From contig CAIKOJ010000098.1 in NCBI GenBank assembly GCA_903829015.1, positions 1,773 through 65,772 of the forward strand: 64,000 nucleotides of DNA, read 5' to 3'. Below the pieces are notes generated by a model, which searched no databases, was not told the DNA's origin, and worked only from the letters and a program-made list of their open reading frames with translations. The stretch is from an uncultured Bacteroidota bacterium. GTDB taxonomy: Bacteria; Bacteroidota; Bacteroidia; Chitinophagales; Chitinophagaceae. Below, piece after piece: positions 1 to 8,858 of the stretch; the stretch's first letter is position 1; each line of letters begins with the position of its first letter. The translations under genes and the position numbers were made by a program.

Positions 1-761
1 TGCTTGTTCATGCGCTTGTTCTCCTCTTTGATCATGCTGCTGTATATCTTTATCTTATCAGTGTCATGAATCACCTTCTCATTGGTAAGGGCATCTATAG
101 CGAGAGAAATCGTGGCAAGAGGTGTCTTAAGCTCATGCGTCATGTTATTGATAAAGTCAGACTTTATCTCTGATAGTTTTTTCTGGTTGAACAGTGTTCT
201 CACTGTTACAAAGAATGCCAGCACAATAATGGTAGTGAACACAATTGATGCAATGATCATCCAGAGCATCTCCCTGATGATCGCATTCTTATCTTCAAAA
301 ATGGCTAGGTATAATGTTTCATGGGAGCGAAGAGCATCATCCGGAGATAGCTCTATCTGCTTGTCTGAATGCAGATCCGCAATTTGAAAACCATCCGACT
401 GAAGGATATTGAAATGGTAAATGTTCTGAACACAAAATTCAAACGGCAATCTAATGTTATTCTGCGCTAATGCCTTTTCTATGATCGTCTCAATATCATC
501 TTTTGTAAAGGCTCCATCTACCCTGAAATTATTCTGTAGGAAAAACTGTCTTGACTCTTCATTCGGAAAGATCAGTTTCGAATCATAAGTAAACTTGCTG
601 TAAAGTGCTTCCTTAGTCTGCTTCAGTGAATTGTCTACCTCGCGCTGAAATTCCTCATGCTTCAGTTTAAGCGCATTGTTGATCCACGACATCTGGATAA
701 ACAGAATGCCTACTACCGACAACGTAATAAGGACAACAATAAGCGGGAAAATTTTCTTCAT
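1..761 (-). CDS. Membrane sensor histidine kinase, N-terminal part (runs off window start)
   Basis: Manual translation from ATG at 761: MKKIFPLIVVLITLSVVGILFIQ (TM), a second TM, then H-box KSDFINNMTHELKTPLATISLA; not in ORF track because it is truncated. Confidence 0.9.
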   Translation of the reverse strand, partial: MKKIFPLIVVLITLSVVGILFIQMSWINNALKLKHEEFQREVDNSLKQTKEALYSKFTYDSKLIFPNEESRQFFLQNNFRVDGAFTKDDIETIIEKALAQNNIRLPFEFCVQNIYHFNILQSDGFQIADLHSDKQIELSPDDALRSHETLYLAIFEDKNAIIREMLWMIIASIVFTTIIVLAFFVTVRTLFNQKKLSEIKSDFINNMTHELKTPLATISLAIDALTNEKVIHDTDKIKIYSSMIKEENKRMNK

Positions 762-888
762 CTCAGTTCAAAGGTAAAGAGGTGAAATATACAACAGCTT
801 TTGCAATATACGGTTTAACGCTGATTTAACTATCATTCTTCTGTACGAAGAGAGAGATCTGTCACTCATTTTTCAGAGGTTTATGATA

Positions 889-896
889 TACCTTTG
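889..896 (+). promoter_or_regulatory. Bacteroidota -7 promoter element for pcm
   Basis: TACCTTTG matches TAnnTTTG, 5 nt before the ATG at 902. Confidence 0.65.
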
Positions 897-901
897 CTGC
901 C

Positions 902-1573
902 ATGCAAAACAGGTTACCCCGGGAAGATAATTACCTGCACAAAGGAATGCGCAAACAGCTGGTACAGTTACTCCGGGAAAAGGGAATTAAGGATGAAAGG
1001 GTGCTCGGTGCCATAGAGGCTATTCCCAGGCATTTCTTTCTGGATAAGGCATTCGAAAGGCAGGCTTACGAAGACCGGGCTTTTCCCATCGCTGCCGGAC
1101 AAACCATATCCCAGCCCTATACCGTTGCCTGGCAGACCAACCTGTTGGACCTGAAAAAATACGACAAGGTGTTGGAAATCGGCACAGGCAGTGCTTATCA
1201 AGCCTGTGTTTTAGGAGAGCTGGGTATTTTCCTTTTTACCATTGAGCGCCAGAAAGAATTGTATGATCTGCAGGGCAAATTTGAATTGCTGAAAAAGTAT
1301 CCCAACATAAAAAGGTTTTATGGAGATGGCTTTGAAGGTCTGCCTTCCTATGGTCCGTTCGATAAAATACTCATTACCTGTGGCGCTCCATTTATACCCC
1401 CAAAACTATTGATGCAACTAAAGCCCGGAGGCATCATGGTCGTTCCGGTAGGTGATGATGGCAAACAAAAAATGCTCAGAGTTACTAAGGATGCCAACGG
1501 CACCATTACAGAAGAAGAAATGGGCGACTCCTTGTTTGTGCCCATGCTTCAGGGGCGCAGCACTACAGGCTAA
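902..1573 (+). CDS. pcm: Protein-L-isoaspartate(D-aspartate) O-methyltransferase
   Basis: GQTISQPY, VLEIGTGSAYQA and GPFDKILITCGA motifs. Confidence 0.95.
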   Translation: MQNRLPREDNYLHKGMRKQLVQLLREKGIKDERVLGAIEAIPRHFFLDKAFERQAYEDRAFPIAAGQTISQPYTVAWQTNLLDLKKYDKVLEIGTGSAYQACVLGELGIFLFTIERQKELYDLQGKFELLKKYPNIKRFYGDGFEGLPSYGPFDKILITCGAPFIPPKLLMQLKPGGIMVVPVGDDGKQKMLRVTKDANGTITEEEMGDSLFVPMLQGRSTTG

Positions 1574-1626
1574 AAATAAAAAAGGGATACCTAAGTACCC
1601 CCGTTTAGAAAAAATTGAGTTATCGA

Positions 1627-2058
1627 TTAATCTCGTGCATCGCCCTTGATGTACACAGTATACCTTTTTTCACCACGTGGGTTGTTCACCGCGTTCGACT
1701 GTATGTAAACTTCTTTATTAAAGATGCCATGTTGTTCCTCGGTTTTCAGACCCAGTTGAATTTTTCCTTTCTGGCCTGGCAATACAGGCGTTTTAGGCCA
1801 GTCTACATTTGTGCAGCCACATGATGGTGTCACATTCATGATGATCAATGGCTGGTCACCGGTATTAGTAAACTCAAAAGAATACATAGCAACAGGTCCA
1901 CGCTTCAACACACCAAAGTCGTGTGTTTCTCCTGTTTCAAATTTGAATTTTGCTCCTGGTGTATTCTGAGCAATAGCCTGTGTGGCGTTAATTGTTGTTG
2001 CCCCAACGCCTAATGCAAGGCCAAAAACTACAAGCAATATCTTTTTCATACAGTGCAA
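1627..2058 (-). CDS. DUF1573 domain secreted protein (paralog 3)
   Basis: Signal peptide; HDFG...F.FTNTGDQPLII..V.PSCGCT. Confidence 0.85.
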   Translation of the reverse strand: MHCMKKILLVVFGLALGVGATTINATQAIAQNTPGAKFKFETGETHDFGVLKRGPVAMYSFEFTNTGDQPLIIMNVTPSCGCTNVDWPKTPVLPGQKGKIQLGLKTEEQHGIFNKEVYIQSNAVNNPRGEKRYTVYIKGDARD

Positions 2059-2135
2059 TTTAGATACAAAAATGCTAAAGAAAAGTAAAGGTTATGATTA
2101 CAAAAATTGATTCGGTTTGGAAAGTAGTTCCGCTA

Positions 2136-2636
2136 TTAATCTTCAGGCACGGGTATCGGCGGTGCCGGTGGAACTACAAGTTTTTTGGTTTGTTCGGGTT
2201 TGGGTAAAATTATGCCGGTTAAGTGCAGCTTCACCTTGCTCTGCAGCGCATTCGAAGTAAGAAAGATATCCTTATCGATAGGGCCAACACGTCCGTACGT
2301 AGTATAGGTAACATGTATCACTCCCTTTCGTTTTGGCTGTATCGGTTCTGTTGGCCATTTGGCAACGGTACATCCACATGAGCCATGTGCTTCTGAAATA
2401 AGAATAGGACTTTTGCCGACATTCTTAAATTCGAAATCACATTCAGCCAACGGGCCCTCCATTATCTCGCCAAAGTCATGTGTTTCTTCTTCAAACCTGA
2501 ACTTGCCCGGCTCGTGTGTCTTTTTGCCCTGATTGTCTCCAGCCTCAGATTTGCCCTGCACCGTTTTACTATCCTGAGCTCTAAGAGCAAGCGCGCCTAT
2601 AGTTAGGTAGAATACAGTGATGCAAATTTTCTTCAT
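2136..2636 (-). CDS. DUF1573 domain secreted protein (paralog 2)
   Basis: Signal peptide; HDFGEI...FKNVGKSPILI..A.GSCGCT. Confidence 0.85.
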   Translation of the reverse strand: MKKICITVFYLTIGALALRAQDSKTVQGKSEAGDNQGKKTHEPGKFRFEEETHDFGEIMEGPLAECDFEFKNVGKSPILISEAHGSCGCTVAKWPTEPIQPKRKGVIHVTYTTYGRVGPIDKDIFLTSNALQSKVKLHLTGIILPKPEQTKKLVVPPAPPIPVPED

Positions 2637-2655
2637 CGTTTAAAATCAAAACTGA

Positions 2656-3180
2656 TTAGTTCGTTTTCAACATCGAAGAGTTCTCAGGCACAGATCCTGA
2701 CGGCGCTTTTTCTACATTGCCTTTGATCGTAAGCACCTTGGTGCCTGCGTTTGAAACCACAGAAATTGTTTTGGTAAACGGATTAGGTTTGCCCTTTGTA
2801 TGGTAAGCTACACTAATAGTTCCGGTTGCCCCTGGTGGTACAGGCTCCTTAGAGAATGAAGGCACCGTACAACCGCACGACGGTTGTGCTTTTTCTATAA
2901 TGATCGGCTCTTTGCCGGTATTCTTAAACGTAAATTCACATGTGGCATCCGGTCCTTCTGGCACAGTACCAAAATCGTGAGATAGGTCAACAAAAGCCAT
3001 ATTGTCAGCAGCTAATGATCCTGATGGCGTTGTAGTGTAGTTGCTGGCTGGTGGTGGGGTATTGGTAATAGTCTTCTTATTATCGTTGCCCGCATCGCCC
3101 TTCTTGTTTTTCTTTCCTTGAGCCATCGCAACTCCTGCACACAATACAATTAGTCCTAATGATAGAATGATCTTTTTCAT
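2656..3180 (-). CDS. DUF1573 domain secreted protein (paralog 1)
   Basis: Signal peptide; HDFGTV...FKNTGKEPIII..AQPSCGCT. Confidence 0.85.
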   Translation of the reverse strand: MKKIILSLGLIVLCAGVAMAQGKKNKKGDAGNDNKKTITNTPPPASNYTTTPSGSLAADNMAFVDLSHDFGTVPEGPDATCEFTFKNTGKEPIIIEKAQPSCGCTVPSFSKEPVPPGATGTISVAYHTKGKPNPFTKTISVVSNAGTKVLTIKGNVEKAPSGSVPENSSMLKTN

Positions 3181-3285
3181 TTTTATGATATTTTATAGTT
3201 TACTCAAGTATAGTAACAAATTTAGCACCAAAATCGCTAAAAAATTATTTTTTATTGTTAAAACCTTCCAAAAGCCATACAATCG

Positions 3286-3293
3286 TAGTTTTG
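3286..3293 (+). promoter_or_regulatory. Bacteroidota -7 promoter element for the GT9-tsaC pair
   Basis: TAGTTTTG, 8 nt before the ATG at 3302. Confidence 0.6.
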
Positions 3294-3301
3294 CAGTGGT
3301 G

Positions 3302-4312
3302 ATGCACAAATTCCTGATTATTCAAACCGCTTTTACCGGAGATGTAGTTCTGGCAACTGCGCTTATAGAAAAGCTGCATAACCACTTCCCGGATGCTCAG
3401 ATCGATTTTCTGCTGCGAAAGGGTAATGAGGGATTGCTTAAAGAGCACCCATACATTACCAACCTGCTCATCTGGGATAAGAAAAACGGCAAGAACAAGA
3501 ATCTGCTGAAACTGGCACTTCGGGTTCGCAGCGAAAAGTACACCCACGTTATCAATCCGCACCGTTTTGCAACCTCTGGCATAATTACTCTGCTCTCAGG
3601 GGCTGGTTACAAAGCCGGGTTTGATAAGAATCCGCTTTCCTTCTGTTACACAAAAAAAGTACACCACCAACTATCAGAGCCATACAGTCAGGATCCTGTT
3701 CATGAAACAGACCGGAACAACTTACTGATCAGCGAATTTACAGACGGCAATAAATCGTTTCCTAAATTATACCCCGCTCCCGCCGACTATCAGCTTGTGA
3801 AGCAATATCAGGTAACACCTTACATATGCATCGCTCCATCATCAGTTTGGTTTACCAAGCAATTCCCGGCATCCAAATGGGTTAGCCTGATCAATGAACT
3901 GCCTGCAGAATACAAGATCTACCTAATAGGTGCACCAACAGATAAAGAACTCGGTGATGGTATACTTAATGTTACCACCAATAAAAATGTCGACAACCTC
4001 TGCGGCAAACTCAATTTCCTACAGTCCGCTGCCTTGATGCAGCAGGCAGCTATGAACTATACAAACGATTCAGCACCGCTGCATTTCGCAACAGCTATGA
4101 ATGCGCCTGTTACTGCCGTATTTTGCTCCACTGTACCCGCATTCGGTTTCGGGCCACTCCGCGATAATGCGCTGGTTGTAGAGGTAAACGAAAGGCTTGC
4201 ATGCAGACCATGCGGGCTACACGGGCACAGGCAATGCCCCGAAAAACATTTCAGGTGTGCAATGGACATCACAAATCAACAACTGCTATGGTGGACTTCG
4301 AAAACGACATAA
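3302..4312 (+). CDS. Glycosyltransferase family 9 (LPS heptosyltransferase-like)
   Basis: IIQTAFTGDVVLAT, NDSAPLHFATA and CRPCGLHG motifs; start moved to ATG 3302. Confidence 0.9.
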   Translation: MHKFLIIQTAFTGDVVLATALIEKLHNHFPDAQIDFLLRKGNEGLLKEHPYITNLLIWDKKNGKNKNLLKLALRVRSEKYTHVINPHRFATSGIITLLSGAGYKAGFDKNPLSFCYTKKVHHQLSEPYSQDPVHETDRNNLLISEFTDGNKSFPKLYPAPADYQLVKQYQVTPYICIAPSSVWFTKQFPASKWVSLINELPAEYKIYLIGAPTDKELGDGILNVTTNKNVDNLCGKLNFLQSAALMQQAAMNYTNDSAPLHFATAMNAPVTAVFCSTVPAFGFGPLRDNALVVEVNERLACRPCGLHGHRQCPEKHFRCAMDITNQQLLWWTSKTT

Positions 4313-4860
4313 AGAATTGCGTTGCGGTTTTGCAAAACGGTGGCTCGATTCTCTATCCCACAGAAACTGTATGGGGTCTCGGCTGCGATGCTTTGAGTGA
4401 GCAGGCAGTGGAACAGATTTTTAGTTTAAAAAACCGCCCAAAGGAAAAATCTATGATCATCCTTCTGGCCGAAGCCCGCGATATTCTGCAGTATGTTGCA
4501 GCACCGCCACCAGATATCATTGCAATAGTAGAGTCTTTCGACCGCCCCACTACAGTCATCTACGATGGTGCCCTCGGCTTCCCCGACAATGTTGTTAACA
4601 AAGATGGCAGCATAGCCATAAGGGTCACCACCGATCCGTTTTGCAAGGCACTGATCAAGAGATACCGTAAGCCGATCATTTCTACTTCCGCCAATTTAAG
4701 CGGACAACCCACCCCTGCATTATATACCATGATAGAACAACCCATCATTAACGGGGTAGACTACGTGGTAAAGCACCGACAGGGCGATACCACACTTAAT
4801 CCTCCATCCAGAATAGTTCGGGTAAGCGATGATGGGGATATTGAAGTGATCAGGGGTTGA
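4288..4860 (+). CDS. tsaC: L-threonylcarbamoyladenylate synthase (TsaC/Sua5 family)
   Basis: YPTETVWGLGC, KNRPKEK (KxR) and ISTSAN motifs; start at ATG 4288 overlaps the GT9 end. Confidence 0.85.
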   Translation: MVDFENDIKNCVAVLQNGGSILYPTETVWGLGCDALSEQAVEQIFSLKNRPKEKSMIILLAEARDILQYVAAPPPDIIAIVESFDRPTTVIYDGALGFPDNVVNKDGSIAIRVTTDPFCKALIKRYRKPIISTSANLSGQPTPALYTMIEQPIINGVDYVVKHRQGDTTLNPPSRIVRVSDDGDIEVIRG

Positions 4861-4991
4861 TTGCAAGTGTAGTTGAGCGCAATCGCCACTTTACGAGATT
4901 GCGTTGTCCGCTAACAAGACACACGGAATAATCAAAGATTTTTCAGTAAGATAGTAGGGTGTAGTCCTTGTGAATAACCTCGCGTTAGTAC

Positions 4992-5825
4992 CTACATGAT
5001 TTTCCTTTTCGCCCATGCCCTGAAATTTTCCCACTGCATATGCGAGCCGGTAGGTTCGGTAAGCGGGCCGGTCCATGGCGTACCCCGGCGAATGTAGTAC
5101 TTGTTGTACGTCGACTGGTTAATGCCCCATTTCATCAGGAACTGTTTACGGCCGTTGTTCTTCTTTATACGCAGTGTAGATTTAGACTGGAAGTGATACA
5201 CCCTGCTTTTGCCAACACCCTTAAATATGCGGCAACCTGCAGCCCACATCTTCATAGAGAAGTCGTCATCGCTGCTCACGCCGGGGCTGAGCTCGATGCT
5301 GTAACCGCCGGTTATCAGCCAATACTTGCGGTGCACAATAGTGGGCGGCCAGGTCGATCCTGTCCAGTCTGCTTTTTCCATGGCCCCGCACTCGCTCAGC
5401 AATTGTTGTTCTTTAAAAGTTTCTATCGTTGTACCGTAGTCGCGCACTATCACACATGGATTATTGTGGTCGGTCGGTTCAATCATTGTCGATGACAGCA
5501 TGAAGCAATCAGTACCCAGCTTTTTGATCTCATCCATGATCGCAGTATCCCATCCCGGGCACACATACATGTCGTCGTTCATGTACACAACATAATCTGT
5601 AGTGGCAAGTCCCCCGGCTTCATTCACTGCTACGCAAATGCCTACGTTGTCAGGCGACCAGCTATGGTCTATGCCCTCATTCTTCGCCCATTGCAAAGTT
5701 CCGTCACTGCCGTCGTTTACGTGCAGTATTATCTGGTGATTGAATGCCGAGTTTTTGCGGATACTTTCAACACAAAGCTTTGCAAAAGCCAGGTTATTCC
5801 ATGTGGGTATGATGATTGAGAACAC
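4992..5825 (-). CDS. Glycosyltransferase family 2
   Basis: SIIIPTWN, VNDGSDGT, YMNDD and SSDDDF motifs; GTG start. Confidence 0.9.
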   Translation of the reverse strand: MFSIIIPTWNNLAFAKLCVESIRKNSAFNHQIILHVNDGSDGTLQWAKNEGIDHSWSPDNVGICVAVNEAGGLATTDYVVYMNDDMYVCPGWDTAIMDEIKKLGTDCFMLSSTMIEPTDHNNPCVIVRDYGTTIETFKEQQLLSECGAMEKADWTGSTWPPTIVHRKYWLITGGYSIELSPGVSSDDDFSMKMWAAGCRIFKGVGKSRVYHFQSKSTLRIKKNNGRKQFLMKWGINQSTYNKYYIRRGTPWTGPLTEPTGSHMQWENFRAWAKRKIM

Positions 5826-5990
5826 GCGTTGGTTGATAAATTTAAAATTGGTTTTTAGATAGTCAGTATTCAGTACGGCGTTTGTATTTACACCTATTTT
5901 CTATTTACACCTGATCTCCTATCAGTTTGTAAAACTACAAAATAGCTTCACTTAGCCCAATATGAATCGTATCTTTATGAAAATTTAGTT

Positions 5991-6602
5991 ATGTTGCTGC
6001 ATATCCATCCTGATAATCCTCAGGCAAGAAATATACAAACAGTTGTGGATTGCCTTAAAAAGGGAGGTGTCATAATTTACCCAACAGACACTATTTATGG
6101 CATTGGGTGCGATATTAACAATGCTGATGCAGTTACCCGAATTGCAAGGATCAAAAATATAGATGTAAAGAAAGCGCAGTTCTCCTTCATCTGTTCAGAT
6201 CTCAGCCACCTCAGCGACTATGCAAAAAGTGTGGATACCCCCATTTTCAGGTTATTGAAGGCTGCTTTGCCTGGACAGTATACTTTTATCTTACCGGCAA
6301 GCAAGCAGGTGCCTAAGATGATGAAAACGAAGAAAGATACTGTTGGTATTCGTATTCCTGATAACAAAATATGCCACGAGATTGTGAAGGCACTAGGCCA
6401 TCCCATTATGAGCGCTTCCTTGCCTATGGACGAAGACGTACCGTACCTTACGGATCCCGAGGTAATGCACGATGTTTTCGGCAATCTGGTGGATATTGTT
6501 ATCGATGGTGGTATTGGCAACACGCTTGCCTCTACAATTGTTGACTGTACCAGTGGTGCACCTGAGTTAATACGTGAGGGAGCCGGAAAGGTTATATGGT
6601 AA
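5991..6602 (+). CDS. Sua5/YciO family protein (YciO-like TsaC paralog)
   Basis: IYPTDTIYGIGC, TVGIRIPD; lacks KxR and has SASL instead of STSAN. Confidence 0.85.
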   Translation: MLLHIHPDNPQARNIQTVVDCLKKGGVIIYPTDTIYGIGCDINNADAVTRIARIKNIDVKKAQFSFICSDLSHLSDYAKSVDTPIFRLLKAALPGQYTFILPASKQVPKMMKTKKDTVGIRIPDNKICHEIVKALGHPIMSASLPMDEDVPYLTDPEVMHDVFGNLVDIVIDGGIGNTLASTIVDCTSGAPELIREGAGKVIW

Positions 6603-6699
6603 TACTTGGTTTCCGGGTATTTCATAAAATTCAGATAGATTTTATTGCATTTGTGGATTGGTGGTTTAGGGTTTATTTTCGCACCCTAAAACGACTTAA

Positions 6700-7581
6700 A
6701 TGAAGCATGCATATATTTTCCCGGGTCAGGGTGCGCAGTTTGTAGGGATGGGTAAAAACCTTTATGAGCAGAACGAAACAGCAAGAGCACTTTTCGAAAA
6801 AGCCAATGAAATTCTTGGATTCCGGATCACAGATATTATGTTCAATGGCACGGCCGATGAACTTAAGCAGACTAATGTAACACAGCCAGCCATTTTTTTG
6901 CATTCAGTAATACTGTTCGAAACCACGCCCGACCTGAAACCTGATATGGTTGCAGGGCATTCTTTGGGCGAATTCTCAGCTTTGATAGCCAATAAGGTTC
7001 TGTCTTTTGAAGACGGACTGAGGCTGGTGGCAAAACGTGCTGCCGCAATGCAACGCGCCTGTGAGATCAATCCATCAACCATGGCTGCTGTACTGGGGTT
7101 GGATGATGCAAGGGTAGAGGAAATTTGCAGGGAGTTTACTACCGAGGTGGTAGTAGCAGCTAACTATAACTGCCCCGGACAATTAGTGATCAGCGGCAGC
7201 AACGAAGGTGTAACCCAAGCTTGCGAAAAGCTGAAAGCTGCCGGTGCGAAACGTGCGTTGTTGTTGCAGGTAGGTGGCGCATTTCACTCTCCGCTCATGG
7301 AGCCGGCAAGGCAGGAACTGCAGGAAGCTATCGCAGCTACTCATTTCAATACGCCTACATGCCCCGTTTACCAGAACGTCGATGCAATGCCATATTCCGA
7401 TCCCCAGCTCATCAAACAAAATCTCATCAATCAGCTAACCTCACCTGTCCGCTGGACTCAGACTGTTTTGAAAATGGTAGAAGATGGAGCCACTCAGTTT
7501 ACTGAAGTAGGTCCGGGTAATGTCCTGCAGGGCTTGGTAAAGAAGATCAGCAAAGACGCACAGGCTGACGGGATTAGTTGA
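6700..7581 (+). CDS. fabD: Malonyl-CoA:ACP transacylase
   Basis: FPGQGAQ, GHSLGEFS and GAFHS motifs. Confidence 0.96.
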   Translation: MKHAYIFPGQGAQFVGMGKNLYEQNETARALFEKANEILGFRITDIMFNGTADELKQTNVTQPAIFLHSVILFETTPDLKPDMVAGHSLGEFSALIANKVLSFEDGLRLVAKRAAAMQRACEINPSTMAAVLGLDDARVEEICREFTTEVVVAANYNCPGQLVISGSNEGVTQACEKLKAAGAKRALLLQVGGAFHSPLMEPARQELQEAIAATHFNTPTCPVYQNVDAMPYSDPQLIKQNLINQLTSPVRWTQTVLKMVEDGATQFTEVGPGNVLQGLVKKISKDAQADGIS

Positions 7582-7635
7582 TTGGTTGATTGGTTGAATA
7601 GTTGATTAGTTGATTGGTTGATTGGTTGAATAGTT
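7572..7635 (+). repeat. Perfect 2x32-bp tandem repeat built of 8-mers (GATTAGTT/GATTGGTT/GATTGGTT/GAATAGTT)
   Basis: 7572-7603 is identical to 7604-7635; overlaps the last fabD codons and stop. Confidence 0.95.
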
Positions 7636-7696
7636 GGATAGTAGGATAGTTGTTGCAGTTTGTTTTTTTGATGTTTTCTTGATTTAATGCTGACTC

Positions 7697-8083
7697 ATGA
7701 GTGAATCAAATGCTCATCAAAGGTTTACTGACTTAAACGTTTGGAAACAAGCTAGGTTGCTGAAACTGGAGATTTATGAATTGATAAAGCAGTTTCCGAA
7801 TGAGGAAAAGTACGATTTGGTAAGCCAACTCAGGCGATCTGCCAGATCTGTCTGCAGTAATATTGCTGAAGGGCATGGCCGGTTCACCTATAAAGATCAA
7901 CTTCATTTTTGCATTCAGTCTCGTGGTTCATTGTCAGAAGTACTGAATCACCTGATCGATGCACATGACTGCAATTACGTTGACGAAACGAAGCTTAAAA
8001 ATTTTGAGGAAAAGATAGTATCTGTTGGGAAACTGCTAAACGGATACATCACATTTCTCCGCAATGCCGCCAACCAAAAATAA
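7697..8083 (+). CDS. Four helix bundle protein (23S rRNA IVP / S23-like family)
   Basis: FTDLNVWKQA...FPNEEKYDLVSQLRRSARSVCSNIAEGHGR...SRGSLSEV signature. Confidence 0.92.
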   Translation: MSESNAHQRFTDLNVWKQARLLKLEIYELIKQFPNEEKYDLVSQLRRSARSVCSNIAEGHGRFTYKDQLHFCIQSRGSLSEVLNHLIDAHDCNYVDETKLKNFEEKIVSVGKLLNGYITFLRNAANQK

Positions 8084-8120
8084 TGTCAGGCGCAAAAAAC
8101 AGCCCACTGGGATTCCCTCC

Positions 8121-8149
8121 CCAACCCATCAACTACTCAACCAATCAAC
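8121..8149 (-). repeat. Inverted copy of the 8-mer arm downstream of the four helix bundle gene
   Basis: Reverse complement GTTGATTGGTTGAGTAGTTGATGGGTTGG matches 7585-7613 at 25/29 positions. Confidence 0.85.
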
Positions 8150-8156
8150 AAAGTAC

Positions 8157-8810
8157 TCACCTTAAATCCACCGTTTCAACCCCTGGATGTTCCTTGGGAT
8201 TCCAGGCAAAATAAGTATCCGGGATATCTGTATTTGGTTTGTAATTGCTGATTGCAATTTTGTATTTATTACCGTTCTTCTCCCAGTAGTTGCCACCAAT
8301 GATCGTGGATGATGATTTTTCCACCATCAGCTCGATCTTTACCAGTTGCTTGCTTTTGTCGTTGGGTATCAGTTCTATAAGGTCACAGTTTTTGCCTGCT
8401 TCTTTTATGTCGCCTTTGTACGAATATTTATATTCCTTGTCGTAAAAGTTGGTAAATAGTTTGGCCGGAGACATAGACTGCTCCTGAGGGTTGTAGTTGG
8501 TTATCTGCACCTCTTTGGCTTCTTTATTGTACGTCCATACGGTTTTGGCATCACAGATTATTTCCTGCCCTGCTATCAGCACATGGTATTTCTGACCTTT
8601 CAGAGATACCGATCCTTTTTTAGAATCATTTACTTTGCCTCCTTTGCCCCCGGTAAGTGTCAGTGCAAAATTGGCTTTCAAAGATTTAAGCGCATTAATC
8701 TTCTTGCTTACACCCTCCAGTATTGTTTTTGCTTTAGTATCGTTCTGTGCAAAAACAGGCTGAACCATACTACACAAAGCGACCGCACTAACTGCTAATA
8801 ATTTTCTCAT
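8157..8810 (-). CDS. lolA: Outer membrane lipoprotein carrier protein LolA family
   Basis: Signal peptide, KTVWTYN..KEVQI motif, usual position downstream of ftsK. Confidence 0.85.
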   Translation of the reverse strand: MRKLLAVSAVALCSMVQPVFAQNDTKAKTILEGVSKKINALKSLKANFALTLTGGKGGKVNDSKKGSVSLKGQKYHVLIAGQEIICDAKTVWTYNKEAKEVQITNYNPQEQSMSPAKLFTNFYDKEYKYSYKGDIKEAGKNCDLIELIPNDKSKQLVKIELMVEKSSSTIIGGNYWEKNGNKYKIAISNYKPNTDIPDTYFAWNPKEHPGVETVDLR

Positions 8811-8858
8811 GTTTTGTAACTTGAATTTAGCCCATTGGGCGATTTTGGGAGGGCAAAG

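Noticed and set aside
7697-8083. Diversity-generating retroelement (Avd-like gene)
   Set aside because: No reverse transcriptase and no TR/VR pair with adenine-specific differences was seen in the window.
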